Source: Candidatus Omnitrophota bacterium
GTDB lineage: Bacteria > Omnitrophota > Omnitrophia > Omnitrophales > Aquincolibacteriaceae
DNA length: 64,000 nt
Assembly (NCBI GenBank): GCA_043821445.1
Contig: JBDRCT010000031.1
Location: 35,620-99,619 of the forward strand
Direction of reading: 5' to 3'
Of this stretch, positions 1-9,491 are shown piece by piece. Position numbers and translations under genes: made by a program. Position 1 is the first letter of the stretch, and the number at the start of each line of letters is the position of its first letter. The notes under the pieces are model-generated. The model was not told the origin of the DNA, did no database searches, and was given only the letters and a program-made list of their open reading frames with translations.

Positions 1-176
1 TCAAACAAGAAAAGGAAATACACGCTAAGGTCCAGGATCATGCCAAACATCTAGAAGAAGCCTTTCTTGCCCTGGAGAAAAAGATCAACACGGTTCTCTA
101 AATCCCGCAGCGGTGATCCTCAGAGGAGTATTTAACAGGTAGTAAGACCAGCTTGGAGCCAATTTTTCTCTACAGA

Positions 177-1925
177 ATGGACTCGTTTAAAGTTAAGAAT
201 CATATGAAAAAAACAAAACTCCTGCAGCCGGGAGCGTCTCTCTTTAAAAAAACAGCTTTAGTATTCCTTGGGATACTTTCCCTTTTTGTGCTCCTAGAGG
301 TGGGTTTGCGCCTGGGCGGGTTTATCCTGTCTTCGGTACAGGAGTACGGGAACCTACAATCCATAAAACAAAGAGGCATCTACCGTATTCTCTGTTTAGG
401 GGAGTCTACCACTGAGAGGCAATACCCTCATCTTCTCGAACAAGTCTTAAACCAGCAAAATATCGGGGTGCGGTTCAGCGTCATCGATAAAGGCAGAACC
501 ACTGCGAATACCCTCTATCTATTAAGTCGAGTCGAATCTTATTTAGCCGAGTATCATCCCGATATGGTCGTTGCAATGATGGGGATCAATGATAAGGGTG
601 TCAAATATTATGAAGATATACCCGAGTCTGATACTTGGCTATTTAAACATTGCCGGATCTATCGATTCGGCCGGATCCTGTACATGCATCTTTGGAAGAC
701 GATCCAGAAAAAGGACATTTATGGATTCACCCCAAAAGCTTCGGGCAGGAAAGCCAAGCCAAGAGATGCGGATACTGTTCCTGAAAAATTAAAACCAAGC
801 AGTCCTTTTCTAATCAGCAGCAGGCTTTTTTGGGAAGAGAAATTTCTCCGAGCTGAAAATTCATTCAAAAAAGCTGTGGAAATTAATCCTAAAAATGATG
901 ATGCCTACGTTGAACTGGGACGGGTTTGCCAAGATTATCGCAAAGACCTCCAGGCTGAAAACTTATTCAAGAAAGCCATAGAAATTAATCCTAAAAACGA
1001 TCAAGCCTATGTAGAATTAGGACAGCTTTATCTCGAACAAGTTAAATTTCCCCAAGCCGAAAATTTATTCAAGAAAGCCATGGAAATTAATCCTAAAAAC
1101 GATGATGCCTACGTTGGATTTGGAAGGATTTATAGAAGTCAAGGCGATTATTTGCATGCCGAAGACTTCTTTAACAAAGCTATCGAACTTAATCCTAAAA
1201 ACGATCGTACCTGCGTTGAATTAGGACAACTTTATCTGGAGCGTGGGAAATTTCAACAAGTCGAGGACTTCCTGAAGAAGGCCGTCGAACTTAACCCTGT
1301 CAATTATCGTGCTTTGATTAATTTGGGAAAGATTTATCGGGAACAAGGTAAATTTCCAGAGGCCGAAGACGCCTTCAAGAAATCCATCGAGCTTAATCCC
1401 GTCAACGATTATGCCTATGTTGAATTTGGGGCGCTTTATCGAGAGGAAGGCAAATTTCCCCAGGCCGAAGACCTTTTTAAGAAAACTCTCGAGCTTGATC
1501 CTGAAAACGATCGTGCAGCGGGGGCCCTGTTGTCGATGTACAAAGAAATGGGCAAGCCGGAACTAGCGAAAGAATATGCTAAAAAAGTGAAGGAGTTGAA
1601 ATCAGAGGATTATGCTGCCATGACAGTCAACAACTATCGAAAGCTCAAAGAGATCCTGGACCGCAAAAGGATCCAACTGGTTTGCGCGCAGTATCCTATG
1701 CGTCCTGTGGAGCTGTTAAAGAGAATATTCGAAAATAATAAAGGCATTGTTTTTGTCGATAACGAACGTGTCTTCAAGGAAGCGGTGAAGAAAGGCAGTT
1801 ATAAAGAGTATTTTGGAGATATATTTGCCGGTGACTTTGGCCACTGCACTCAAAAAGGCAACAAACTTTTAGCTCAAAATATCGCGAATGTGATCCTCAA
1901 AGAAGTGTTTAAAAGCGGGAAATAA
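177..1925 (+). CDS. Membrane-anchored TPR-repeat protein with split SGNH/GDSL-hydrolase-like motifs
   Basis: ORF 153..1925; an ATG at 177 or 198 is more plausible than the TTG at 153. N-terminal hydrophobic anchor. About 9 tandem 34-aa TPR-like repeats (FKKAxEINPKNDxAYVELG...) occupy the middle. The flanks carry SGNH-like blocks LGESTT, GINDKG and DFGHCTxxG. Confidence 0.55.
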   Translation: MDSFKVKNHMKKTKLLQPGASLFKKTALVFLGILSLFVLLEVGLRLGGFILSSVQEYGNLQSIKQRGIYRILCLGESTTERQYPHLLEQVLNQQNIGVRFSVIDKGRTTANTLYLLSRVESYLAEYHPDMVVAMMGINDKGVKYYEDIPESDTWLFKHCRIYRFGRILYMHLWKTIQKKDIYGFTPKASGRKAKPRDADTVPEKLKPSSPFLISSRLFWEEKFLRAENSFKKAVEINPKNDDAYVELGRVCQDYRKDLQAENLFKKAIEINPKNDQAYVELGQLYLEQVKFPQAENLFKKAMEINPKNDDAYVGFGRIYRSQGDYLHAEDFFNKAIELNPKNDRTCVELGQLYLERGKFQQVEDFLKKAVELNPVNYRALINLGKIYREQGKFPEAEDAFKKSIELNPVNDYAYVEFGALYREEGKFPQAEDLFKKTLELDPENDRAAGALLSMYKEMGKPELAKEYAKKVKELKSEDYAAMTVNNYRKLKEILDRKRIQLVCAQYPMRPVELLKRIFENNKGIVFVDNERVFKEAVKKGSYKEYFGDIFAGDFGHCTQKGNKLLAQNIANVILKEVFKSGK

Positions 1926-1997
1926 TGGACTTCAACAGGGAACACGTAGGGGGTAAAATCCCGCAGACGAACGCGATTTTTCGATCGCGGTGGAAGT

Positions 1998-2741
1998 TTA
2001 TAAATAAGCAGAAAATAATTTTTCAAAATTTTTCAGTTTTTCGGGCTCGAGAGTCATCTGTGTGAACTGGGCGTAGCAGTCCAAATTTCCGATGGCGTTG
2101 AGGTTTGCATCCGAAAAACCGGCGCTCTGAAGGCGTTTATGAAAGGCACGATTGACGGTGGCCACATCCCGGTAGATCTTGTCCAGTCCTTTGAATTCCC
2201 AATCGATCTCGCCGCCTTTTCTTTTGATAAAAAACTGCGCCAGCGCGTACATGGAAAGCGCTCGATACGTCGTCTCGGCCATGGTGGCGAACGGCAAATG
2301 GATCAGTACCAGCGGACGGAGTTTATTCATGATAGGACATCCGCTTGTGACCATATAAATCCCGAAAAGGGATCGCAAGGCTTCATGAAGCGGGATGTCT
2401 CTTTGGTAATTCCTAGGCTTTGTCCGGATCGTGACGCTGACTTCCTCATAGGAGATATTCATCGAAAATTCCTCTGTGATCTTGATAAGGCTTACAGCGA
2501 CGGGGCAATGGGGATGGTCCCTTGGATCAAGCGGACAATTTTCGCATTGGCAGCAGCCGAGCTTGGTCCATTCCGGATAAACGGCGGGAGGGGGGAGGCA
2601 TAAGGCAAGGGAATCAGGATCAAGTTCGATCAGGAAATTTTTCTTCCGACCCTCCCGTGAAGAGATTTCATATTCTAATCGGATATTCTTTTCCGCCATG
2701 GAAAATACCCCGCATTCTGCAGCAGGCACATCATAACACAT
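1998..2741 (-). CDS. Hypothetical Cys/His-rich protein
   Basis: 247-aa ORF in the gap between convergent neighbours. Overlapping + strand ORFs look like shadows. No recognisable motif. Confidence 0.4.
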   Translation of the reverse strand: MCYDVPAAECGVFSMAEKNIRLEYEISSREGRKKNFLIELDPDSLALCLPPPAVYPEWTKLGCCQCENCPLDPRDHPHCPVAVSLIKITEEFSMNISYEEVSVTIRTKPRNYQRDIPLHEALRSLFGIYMVTSGCPIMNKLRPLVLIHLPFATMAETTYRALSMYALAQFFIKRKGGEIDWEFKGLDKIYRDVATVNRAFHKRLQSAGFSDANLNAIGNLDCYAQFTQMTLEPEKLKNFEKLFSAYL

Positions 2742-3005
2742 TTCCGGATCTTAATGAACAGACGGATCTTGCTCCCAGCGACAAACTCCGAGGAATAGGA
2801 TCTTCGGCGAGGCCCCCAGGGCCTTCCGGCGGCCATTTTTTTACAAAGGATGTTTTGCTTAAGGGATCACTTTTTTTGCGGTATAATCCCCACAGTTTTG
2901 TCTCTTCGGTTTTTTTCTTTTACATGGCAGAACAAAAAACAATAAGGACGGCCATACTCCTTTTTGTTTTTTGTGAAGACGAAAAATCAGCTACAAGGAG
3001 CACGC

Positions 3006-3344
3006 ATGGAGATCATAAACGCCATATCGCTGGGTATCGGATGTGTCGGGGTGGCTGTGATCGTTTGGGGCGCGCTCGTGTCCTTGGTCGAGCTGTGCGG
3101 TTTGGAGTTCAAAAGGTTCTCAGGGACCCTCTCTTTCAAAAAAAGGAACCTCGTGAGGCAACATTTTGGATTTTATCTTCTCATGGGGCTGGAGTATATG
3201 ATCGGTGCCGATATCGTCCGGACCCTGATAAGGCCGACGCTCCAGGAGCTCGCGGTCCTGGGCTCGATGGTGGCCATCCGGACGGTGACGAGTTATTTTC
3301 TGAATAAAGAAATGGGACGGGATCCTGAGGGCGGCTCAAAATAA
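3006..3344 (+). CDS. Small membrane protein (DUF1622-like)
   Basis: ATG at 3006 is preceded by AAGGAG. Two predicted TM helices. MEIINAISLGIG start resembles the DUF1622 family. Confidence 0.45.
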   Translation: MEIINAISLGIGCVGVAVIVWGALVSLVELCGLEFKRFSGTLSFKKRNLVRQHFGFYLLMGLEYMIGADIVRTLIRPTLQELAVLGSMVAIRTVTSYFLNKEMGRDPEGGSK

Positions 3345-3360
3345 TAAGGAAAGGTACAAA

Positions 3361-3573
3361 ATGAAAAAATGGATGATAGCATCGTTGGGTTTCTTATTTG
3401 TGGCGGTTTTTTTGATCCACGGGAAGATTTTTGCGGCGGAGCATATTAACGCAGAAATGACGTCGGTCGAAGAAGCGAAGGTGACCGAAGCAACCTTCGC
3501 AGGCTTGCCCGAGGGCCAGGTCCCGCTGGACGAAGAACTTAAAGACGCAGAAGTGGTCGATGCCGACGCCTAA
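3361..3573 (+). CDS. Small secreted acidic protein
   Basis: N-terminal signal peptide (MKKWMIASLGFLFVAVFLIHG). RBS AAGGAAAGG upstream. Confidence 0.4.
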   Translation: MKKWMIASLGFLFVAVFLIHGKIFAAEHINAEMTSVEEAKVTEATFAGLPEGQVPLDEELKDAEVVDADA

Positions 3574-3843
3574 ACCCGCGACCGGCTTTTCAAATGTCGG
3601 CCGTCAAGATCCAGGCGAGGATCCGTGAAACGTCACCATAAAATAGGGTTCGCCGTGGCGTTGCTGCTGGCCCTGATCGCCATGATAAGTTTGATGCTCT
3701 TGCAGGCCTAGCGTTCAAGGGAATGAACCTAGGGAGTTACAGAAGACTCCCACAGTGCCTACGAGTTTTTGTTGCGTGGGCCAGGAGGTTGCTTGCGTCA
3801 ACAAAGCAGAAAACTTTAACGGAATAAACAGCAGGAGGGAATT

Positions 3844-4473
3844 ATGGAGATGGAGCCAGAGATGAATCCGGAGTTGGAGATGAAGCCGGAGATGGAGCCG
3901 AAAATCTGTCCGAAGTGTTCAGCAAAGAATAACCCTGAGTTCAATGAGTGTTGGAAGTGCCAGCATTCATTTTTGCCATGGAGTGAACGGCTCCGAATTT
4001 GGGCGGAAGGTATTCCGCTCAAACTGATAGCATTTGTACGGCACATGTTGGGTGTGTTGGGGTTCCTATGTTTCGTGGGGCTGTGCTTTTTTTGCTGGGG
4101 CCTGTTTTCCCATGTCATCCTAGGGAAAATGACCACGGGTCAATATGTCCACGAGATCCGTATGGATCTACAACAAAGCGAGCTGGACATCAGGAACAAA
4201 TGGCCGGGACCCATCCTTGAAACCATAGGTCGAATCACGAACATTGGACGCAACGGGACGACCAAGAGATATTTTGGAAACGGACGTTTAAAAAGCGAAA
4301 CACCCTATAAGGATGGAGTCCCGGATGGGAATTTCAGGGCTTATTTCGAGAACGGGCGAGTGAGGGCGGAGGGTTTGTTCAAGAACGGAATGCTCGTGGG
4401 AAAGTTTAAGGAATATTACGAAAACGGATTCTTAAAGCACGAGGGAATAGTCACCGATGCATTCGAGCGGTGA
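3844..4473 (+). CDS. Zinc-ribbon / TM / MORN-variant (YwqK-like) repeat protein
   Basis: N-terminal EMxPE repeats, CxxC...CxxC zinc ribbon, one TM helix. C-terminal repeats of the form YFENGRxxxEGxFKNGxLxGKFKEYYENG. RBS GGAGGGAA precedes the ATG. Confidence 0.6.
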   Translation: MEMEPEMNPELEMKPEMEPKICPKCSAKNNPEFNECWKCQHSFLPWSERLRIWAEGIPLKLIAFVRHMLGVLGFLCFVGLCFFCWGLFSHVILGKMTTGQYVHEIRMDLQQSELDIRNKWPGPILETIGRITNIGRNGTTKRYFGNGRLKSETPYKDGVPDGNFRAYFENGRVRAEGLFKNGMLVGKFKEYYENGFLKHEGIVTDAFER

Positions 4474-4542
4474 GACTCAAGAGAAACCGTGGAGAAGTTA
4501 TGGAAAAAATAATGATCTGATATGCCATGAAGAGGAGGGAGA

Positions 4543-4707
4543 ATGTTCGATCTTAAGCAGCTTGGGGATATGGCGAAAATAGCGGGAGAAGCCAAGAGTA
4601 TGCAGGAAAAGCAGGAAAGAATGTCGAGAGAACAAATGGAAATACTCCACAAAATATCCAACCAGATGGACACGGTCATTTCCCTTCTAAAAGATTGCAA
4701 AAAATAA
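4543..4707 (+). CDS. Small 54-aa protein (weak YbaB-like N-terminus)
   Basis: ATG follows GAGGAGGGAGA. Absent from the ORF table because shorter than 60 aa. Coiled-coil-like, Q/E/K-rich. Confidence 0.3.
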   Translation: MFDLKQLGDMAKIAGEAKSMQEKQERMSREQMEILHKISNQMDTVISLLKDCKK

Positions 4708-4750
4708 GAGGCAAGGCCCCCGTTTTTTTAAAGGACCCTGCCGTTATGGC

Positions 4751-5347
4751 ATGGAATACAGGTTGTCGATGGGGATAAAAACGGTTTTTTCGCTGGGTGT
4801 GTTTTTTCTTCTTCTGGGTGTCACGCCGTTGAGACTTTGCCGGGCCTCTGATTCGTTTACCGTTTCCAGCGTTGTGGACGGTGAAACTCTTAAGCTTTCC
4901 AGCGGCGAGAAGATCCGTTTGATCGGGATCGACGTCCCCGCATCTTCCAGAAACGTCAAACTTCGCGATGATATCAAGAACACGGGACAGAACGCTGCGA
5001 CGCTCATAGCGGCCGGGAAAAATGCGGCAAAGTTTCTCCGCGAATTGATCCAGAATAAAACGGTCGTTCTGGAATATGATATCAAGGAGAAAGAAAGATC
5101 CGGCCGGCGATGGGCGTATGTTTATTTTTATCTGGATCCCAGTCTTAATATGGAAATACCCGAAGCGTGGTATGCGGAGCTTGTCCCGGAAGCCAAGGAA
5201 AGGCAGCTCCGGGTGTTCCTGAATGCCACGCTGGTACGGGAAGGCTATGCTTCCATGAGGACCGTCCCGCCGAACGTGAAATATCAGGAGCTTTTCTCAA
5301 AGTTACAGGAAGAAGCGAAAGCCGAGAAGCGGGGATTATGGGTTTGA
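4751..5347 (+). CDS. Thermonuclease (SNase-like) family secreted nuclease
   Basis: Signal peptide. VVDGETLKL...IRLIGIDVPA matches the staphylococcal-nuclease-fold motif (DGDT...RLxGIDxPE). Confidence 0.7.
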   Translation: MEYRLSMGIKTVFSLGVFFLLLGVTPLRLCRASDSFTVSSVVDGETLKLSSGEKIRLIGIDVPASSRNVKLRDDIKNTGQNAATLIAAGKNAAKFLRELIQNKTVVLEYDIKEKERSGRRWAYVYFYLDPSLNMEIPEAWYAELVPEAKERQLRVFLNATLVREGYASMRTVPPNVKYQELFSKLQEEAKAEKRGLWV

Positions 5348-5413
5348 TAGGGGGTGGAAGATCCCGGTCTTTTGCGGATTTTTTAAAACAAAAAAATCAG
5401 GAGATCCGGCGGA

Positions 5414-6448
5414 GTGAAGATCGAACAGAACAAGTCCCTTAGATCTCTTAACACGTTCGGCATCGATGTGATGGCGAAATATTTCGCGGAGATCCGCTCG
5501 GTCGAAGCATTCAAAGAGCTTCGTAGCGACAGGCGGTTCTCCGGCGAAGAAAAGCTGGTTCTCGGTGGCGGCAGCAATATTCTTTTGACGAAGGATTTCG
5601 ACGGGTGGGTCATCAAAAACGCGATCCCCGGCGGCACGGTCGTAAGCGACACAGGAACGGAGGTAATCCTGAGGGTCGGAGCCGGCGTGGAGTGGAGCGA
5701 TCTGGTATTTGAGTGCATCGAAAAGAATTACGGGGGACTTGAAAATCTTTCTCTCATCCCGGGCCTTGTGGGCGCCGCACCCATTCAGAATATCGGAGCT
5801 TACGGAGCTGAGCTCAAAGACACGTTCCACGAATTGGAAGCGATCGATCTTCGTTTAGGCGTTCCGGTAAAATTCAGCGCCGGAGATTGTGCCTTTGGAT
5901 ACCGGGACAGTGTTTTCAAACATAAATTCCAAGGGCAGTTCCTCATCAGCTCGGTTTCGTTCAGGCTTACGAAGCTTTCTGCGCCTAAAGTTCATTATCG
6001 CTTTCGGACCGAATACGGGGAGGTCCGGAAAACCCTGAGCGAAATGAACGTTCAAGATCTCTCCCTGAAGGCGATGAGTGATGCGATCTGCCGGATACGG
6101 CGCGCCAAACTTCCGGACCCGAAGGAGCTGGGAAATGCCGGGAGTTTTTTCAAGAATCCCGCTGTTTCTCAAGCCCGATTCAAAATGCTCGTTTCCCGGT
6201 ATCCCAAGATGCCGCACTATCCGCAAGAAGACGGGACCGTGAAAGTTCCGGCGGGCTGGCTTGTCGAAGAGTGCGGGTGGAAGGGGAAAAAGGCCGGACG
6301 CGTGGGCTCTCACAAAACTCAAGCGCTCGTGCTTGTGAATTACGGCGGCGCGACCGCTAAGGAGATCCTGGAGTTTTCGGAGGCCATCTTCGGGTCGGTG
6401 AAAAAGAAATTCGGGATCGAGCTCTCCCGTGAAGTGAACGTGGTCTAA
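5414..6448 (+). CDS. murB: UDP-N-acetylenolpyruvoylglucosamine reductase MurB
   Basis: FAD-binding N-terminus (SLRSLNTFGID..., GGGSNILL) and MurB C-terminal domain. GTG start after GGAG. Confidence 0.85.
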   Translation: MKIEQNKSLRSLNTFGIDVMAKYFAEIRSVEAFKELRSDRRFSGEEKLVLGGGSNILLTKDFDGWVIKNAIPGGTVVSDTGTEVILRVGAGVEWSDLVFECIEKNYGGLENLSLIPGLVGAAPIQNIGAYGAELKDTFHELEAIDLRLGVPVKFSAGDCAFGYRDSVFKHKFQGQFLISSVSFRLTKLSAPKVHYRFRTEYGEVRKTLSEMNVQDLSLKAMSDAICRIRRAKLPDPKELGNAGSFFKNPAVSQARFKMLVSRYPKMPHYPQEDGTVKVPAGWLVEECGWKGKKAGRVGSHKTQALVLVNYGGATAKEILEFSEAIFGSVKKKFGIELSREVNVV

Positions 6449-6499
6449 GGGGAGCCCGGGCTTCAACCTGCCCTATAACTCGGAGAGTGGAGGTGAGCG

Positions 6500-6748
6500 G
6501 TGTTTGAGGAAGAAGGGCCGAAGGATTGGGAGGTCCGGGATGAAGAGCCTCCCGAACGGCTTCAAAAGAAATGGGAGCAAGAAGAGGCGAAAGGTCCCCG
6601 GATGACCGTCTGTCCGTCCTGTAAAAAAGAGACGTCTGCGGAGAACCTGACTTGTATTTTCTGCGGCACTGATCTTAATTTTAATGACGAAGGTTGTCCG
6701 ATCCGCTGCTTTTTCACCTGGGTCAAACGTTTATTCAAGAAGGGATGA
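6500..6748 (+). CDS. Small zinc-ribbon protein
   Basis: CPSCKK...CIFCG zinc-ribbon pattern. GTG start. Confidence 0.35.
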   Translation: MFEEEGPKDWEVRDEEPPERLQKKWEQEEAKGPRMTVCPSCKKETSAENLTCIFCGTDLNFNDEGCPIRCFFTWVKRLFKKG

Positions 6749-6834
6749 TATGACGTCCAAACTACCCTTTCGGAAAAGAAATGAAAAGTTTGGGCTGTTA
6801 TGATGCCCCGTTTATTTTTATATGAAGGAGAATC

Positions 6835-7149
6835 ATGAAAAAATGTCCGTTTTGCGCTGAAGAGATCCAGGATGAAGCCATTAAATGCAGGCATTGCGAT
6901 GAATTCCTTGCTGCGCGTCCGGAAGCGCCCAAAACTCCCTGGTACGGCAAAACCGCGGTCTTGATCGTCAGCTTTTTGACCGTGGGACCGTTCGCTTTGC
7001 CGCTCGTGTGGTTCAATCCGACGTATAGCCGCCTCAAAAAGATCATTGTGACCGTGATCGTGCTGACGCTGACCGGCGTTCTTGTTGCGGCGGCCCTCAA
7101 CGCCGTCAAGACGATCTACGGTTATTACAAGCAGGCAGGTGTTTTTTAA
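6835..7149 (+). CDS. Zinc-ribbon membrane protein
   Basis: MKKCPFCAEEI...CRHC zinc ribbon followed by two TM helices. RBS GAAGGAGAA. The same N-terminus is seen at 35238. Confidence 0.55.
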   Translation: MKKCPFCAEEIQDEAIKCRHCDEFLAARPEAPKTPWYGKTAVLIVSFLTVGPFALPLVWFNPTYSRLKKIIVTVIVLTLTGVLVAAALNAVKTIYGYYKQAGVF

Positions 7150-7286
7150 CTTCTTGCAGAGGCAAGGTTTGTGGGACCTATTTTATTGCATATCATGGTT
7201 CGTGTCTGACGAGATTGATGCGGCAGGATTTCCGATTATAATAAGGCGATTTTTCACAATCCCAATCTAAAGAAAGGAAAAAATCC

Positions 7287-7559
7287 ATGCGCAAACTTAT
7301 AATGGCGCTCTTTATTCTTGCCCTTATGCTCGGGGGGCTCTCTGTGACCGCTTATGCCGCGGATTGCGGTAAGGATACTCTGGTCGATCAGGCCGGGGAC
7401 TGGTTCGGGACTCTCGGCAAAAAGGGAATGGAAAAAGATCAGATCTTGGCGAAGCGTAAAGCGGATCGTTTGCTCGTCTGCGCGAAACGGGAGGCCGAAA
7501 AAGCCGCCAAGGAAGTGCAGAAATCCAGCAAAGACATGAAAAAAAGGCTCGGGTTCTAA
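7287..7559 (+). CDS. Small secreted protein
   Basis: Signal peptide ending AYAADCG. RBS AAAGGAAA. Confidence 0.4.
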   Translation: MRKLIMALFILALMLGGLSVTAYAADCGKDTLVDQAGDWFGTLGKKGMEKDQILAKRKADRLLVCAKREAEKAAKEVQKSSKDMKKRLGF

Positions 7560-7719
7560 TACGTAAGCCTTTTTTAGCGTGACATGAGAATGGCCTGATT
7601 CAAAAAATCGGGTCATTTTTTTAAAGTATAGAAATAATCTTTAAGCCATAAAAACAGTGGTATGAGGAAACTTTTCTCTCCGGGGTGCTGTCTAAGGGGT
7701 CGAGGCCTGAGGTGTGAAC

Positions 7720-7805
7720 GATCCTTGTCTTCTGTTTCATTTCTTTGACGGTCGACAAGGATCGCCCCAATTTCATCTTTGATGAAATTGAAAGGAATTG
7801 GGACG
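7720..7805 (+). promoter_or_regulatory. Conserved structured 5' leader motif, copy a (P1 hairpin + GCCCCAATTTCA hairpin + AAAGGxATTGGGAC-ATG)
   Basis: P1 hairpin is GATCCTTGTC-N24-GACAAGGATC. It is followed by GCCCCAATTTCATC-TTTG-GATGAAATTG and AAAGGAATTGGGACG, immediately before the sigma-factor ATG. The same architecture recurs at 10994, 18083 and 55729 with compensatory stem changes. Confidence 0.6.
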
Positions 7806-8369
7806 ATGCAAGAGATTGAGCGGGAACTGATCATCCAAGCGGGGCAAGGAGAAATGAGGGCCTTCCGGGAGATCTATCAAAGGGTCTCCGGATATGTCTA
7901 CACCTTGGCTTATCGCGTCGTGAACACGAAGCATGACGCCGAGGAGGTGACGCAGGACGTGTTCCTCAAGATCCATCGCAGTCTTAGCTCCTTCAAATTT
8001 GAATCGTCCTTCAAGACCTGGCTTTACCGGATCGCGGTGAATACTGCTCTCAATCACGCTAAAAAAAGAAGCCGTGTGACGACACACGAAGTGGAAGAAA
8101 TTTTCGAGGATCCCGCGACCGTGACGCAACCCGATGCCGGGAAGCGTCTGGAAGCCGGAGAAACGGAGCATCGGCTTAAGATCCTTCTCGATCAACTGAA
8201 CCCGGACCAAAGGGCTTGTATCGTTCTCCGGGAGATCGAAGGACTGGATTACCAAGGGATTGCAAGCAGCCTGGGCATCAACATCAACACAGTCCGTTCG
8301 AGGCTCAAAAGAGCCCGTGAGACCTTGATGGCCCTCGGGCAAGAGGAGGTGGCGAGCCATGGAGTGTAA
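7806..8369 (+). CDS. RNA polymerase sigma-70 factor, ECF subfamily
   Basis: Region 2 (DAEEVTQDVFLKIHRSL...WLYRIAVNTALN) and region 4 helix-turn-helix (DYQGIASSLGININTVRSRLKRARE). ATG at 7806 chosen over the upstream in-frame ATG at 7779. Confidence 0.9.
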   Translation: MQEIERELIIQAGQGEMRAFREIYQRVSGYVYTLAYRVVNTKHDAEEVTQDVFLKIHRSLSSFKFESSFKTWLYRIAVNTALNHAKKRSRVTTHEVEEIFEDPATVTQPDAGKRLEAGETEHRLKILLDQLNPDQRACIVLREIEGLDYQGIASSLGININTVRSRLKRARETLMALGQEEVASHGV

Positions 8370-8877
8370 AAAAGTTCAGGAACAGCTCCTGACAGAATAT
8401 GGGGACCAAGAACTAGGTCCGGAAGAAAATGCCGAGGTTGAGCGGCATTTAACCGCGTGCCTGGATTGCCGGGAGTTTTTCGGGGCAGTCCAAAGAAGCG
8501 CCGTGATCCCTTTCAAAGAGGCCGGCGAAATGCAACCGGATAGCGCCCTTTGGCAGAGAATCCAGGAGAAGATCGAGGAGGAACAAGCGCGTTCCCGGAA
8601 TGGATTCTGGAAACTGGCGGACGTCTTAACACCCTTCTTGAGAATGCCGCAACCGATTTTTCGTGCGACATTTGTGACGGCTTTGATCCTGGTGACCGTG
8701 GTGCTCGCGAGATGGCCGGCCAGTTATGCAGATCCTGTCTACGGCTATCTCTCCGAGCAAATGACCTTCATGAGCGGGCTCAAGGCCGGGAATCCGGATT
8801 TCCTGAACGGCGGTTTGAAGGATTACGACGCAGTTTTTGAAGAAATAGACATGTCCCATTCTCCATCAAAAAAATGA
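8359..8877 (+). CDS. Putative zinc-finger (zf-HC2) anti-sigma factor
   Basis: Overlaps the sigma-gene stop. HLTACLDCREF matches the Hx3Cx2C anti-sigma motif. One TM helix. Confidence 0.7.
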   Translation: MECKKVQEQLLTEYGDQELGPEENAEVERHLTACLDCREFFGAVQRSAVIPFKEAGEMQPDSALWQRIQEKIEEEQARSRNGFWKLADVLTPFLRMPQPIFRATFVTALILVTVVLARWPASYADPVYGYLSEQMTFMSGLKAGNPDFLNGGLKDYDAVFEEIDMSHSPSKK

Positions 8878-8996
8878 AAGGTTAATGGGACTAGTCCCGG
8901 CAACCGTTGATAAAAAGAAAATAGAGGCCAGGGCATGTGATGGAACTTTATGTGAACGTGGGTTGTCTTACAAGACAGGAAAGGGAGGGTGTCAAA

Positions 8997-9491
8997 ATGA
9001 AAAACAAACTAGCAAAGATCGTAGCGGTTTTCACGGTGGTGGGGCTGATGTCTGCGGGACCCGTGGCTTATGCTGTGTCCGGGGAGGACGATTCGAAGAG
9101 CCACAAGAGCTCTCATCGGGGGGAAGGCAAAGAGTTCATGAAAGAGCTCAACTTAACCCCGGAACAGAGAGAAAAGTTGCTGGAACAGAGGAATGATCCG
9201 GCCAAACAGGGAAGCTACAAGGCGATACATGAGCAGTTAAAGACAAAAACGCAAGCGCTTTATGCGGCGATTGCCAAGCCGGGCGCGACGCGGGCGGATG
9301 TGAGTGAGCTCATCGATGAGGTGAACGTACTCACAGGGCAGATGTTTTCCCAGAAGATCGATGGCATTTTCGCCATGAAGGAGATCCTTACGCCCGAGCA
9401 GTTCGCGAAGATGCAGGAAAAGCATCAGGTCCGGATGAACAAGGATCATGAAGGTTGGGGGAAAAAGAAACAGGGGTCGGATCAGGGCTAG
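8997..9491 (+). CDS. Periplasmic LTXXQ-motif (Spy/CpxP/ZraP-like) protein, paralog 1
   Basis: Signal peptide. LNLTPEQREKL and ILTPEQFAKMQE LTXXQ motifs. RBS AAGGGAGGG. Confidence 0.7.
   Translation: MKNKLAKIVAVFTVVGLMSAGPVAYAVSGEDDSKSHKSSHRGEGKEFMKELNLTPEQREKLLEQRNDPAKQGSYKAIHEQLKTKTQALYAAIAKPGATRADVSELIDEVNVLTGQMFSQKIDGIFAMKEILTPEQFAKMQEKHQVRMNKDHEGWGKKKQGSDQG

Noticed and set aside
2139-3307. Plus-strand ORFs 2139..2603 and 2522..3307 overlapping the minus-strand 1998..2741 ORF
   Set aside because: They overlap each other and the better-placed minus-strand ORF. Arg/Gly/Pro-rich composition is typical of shadow frames. No motifs seen.
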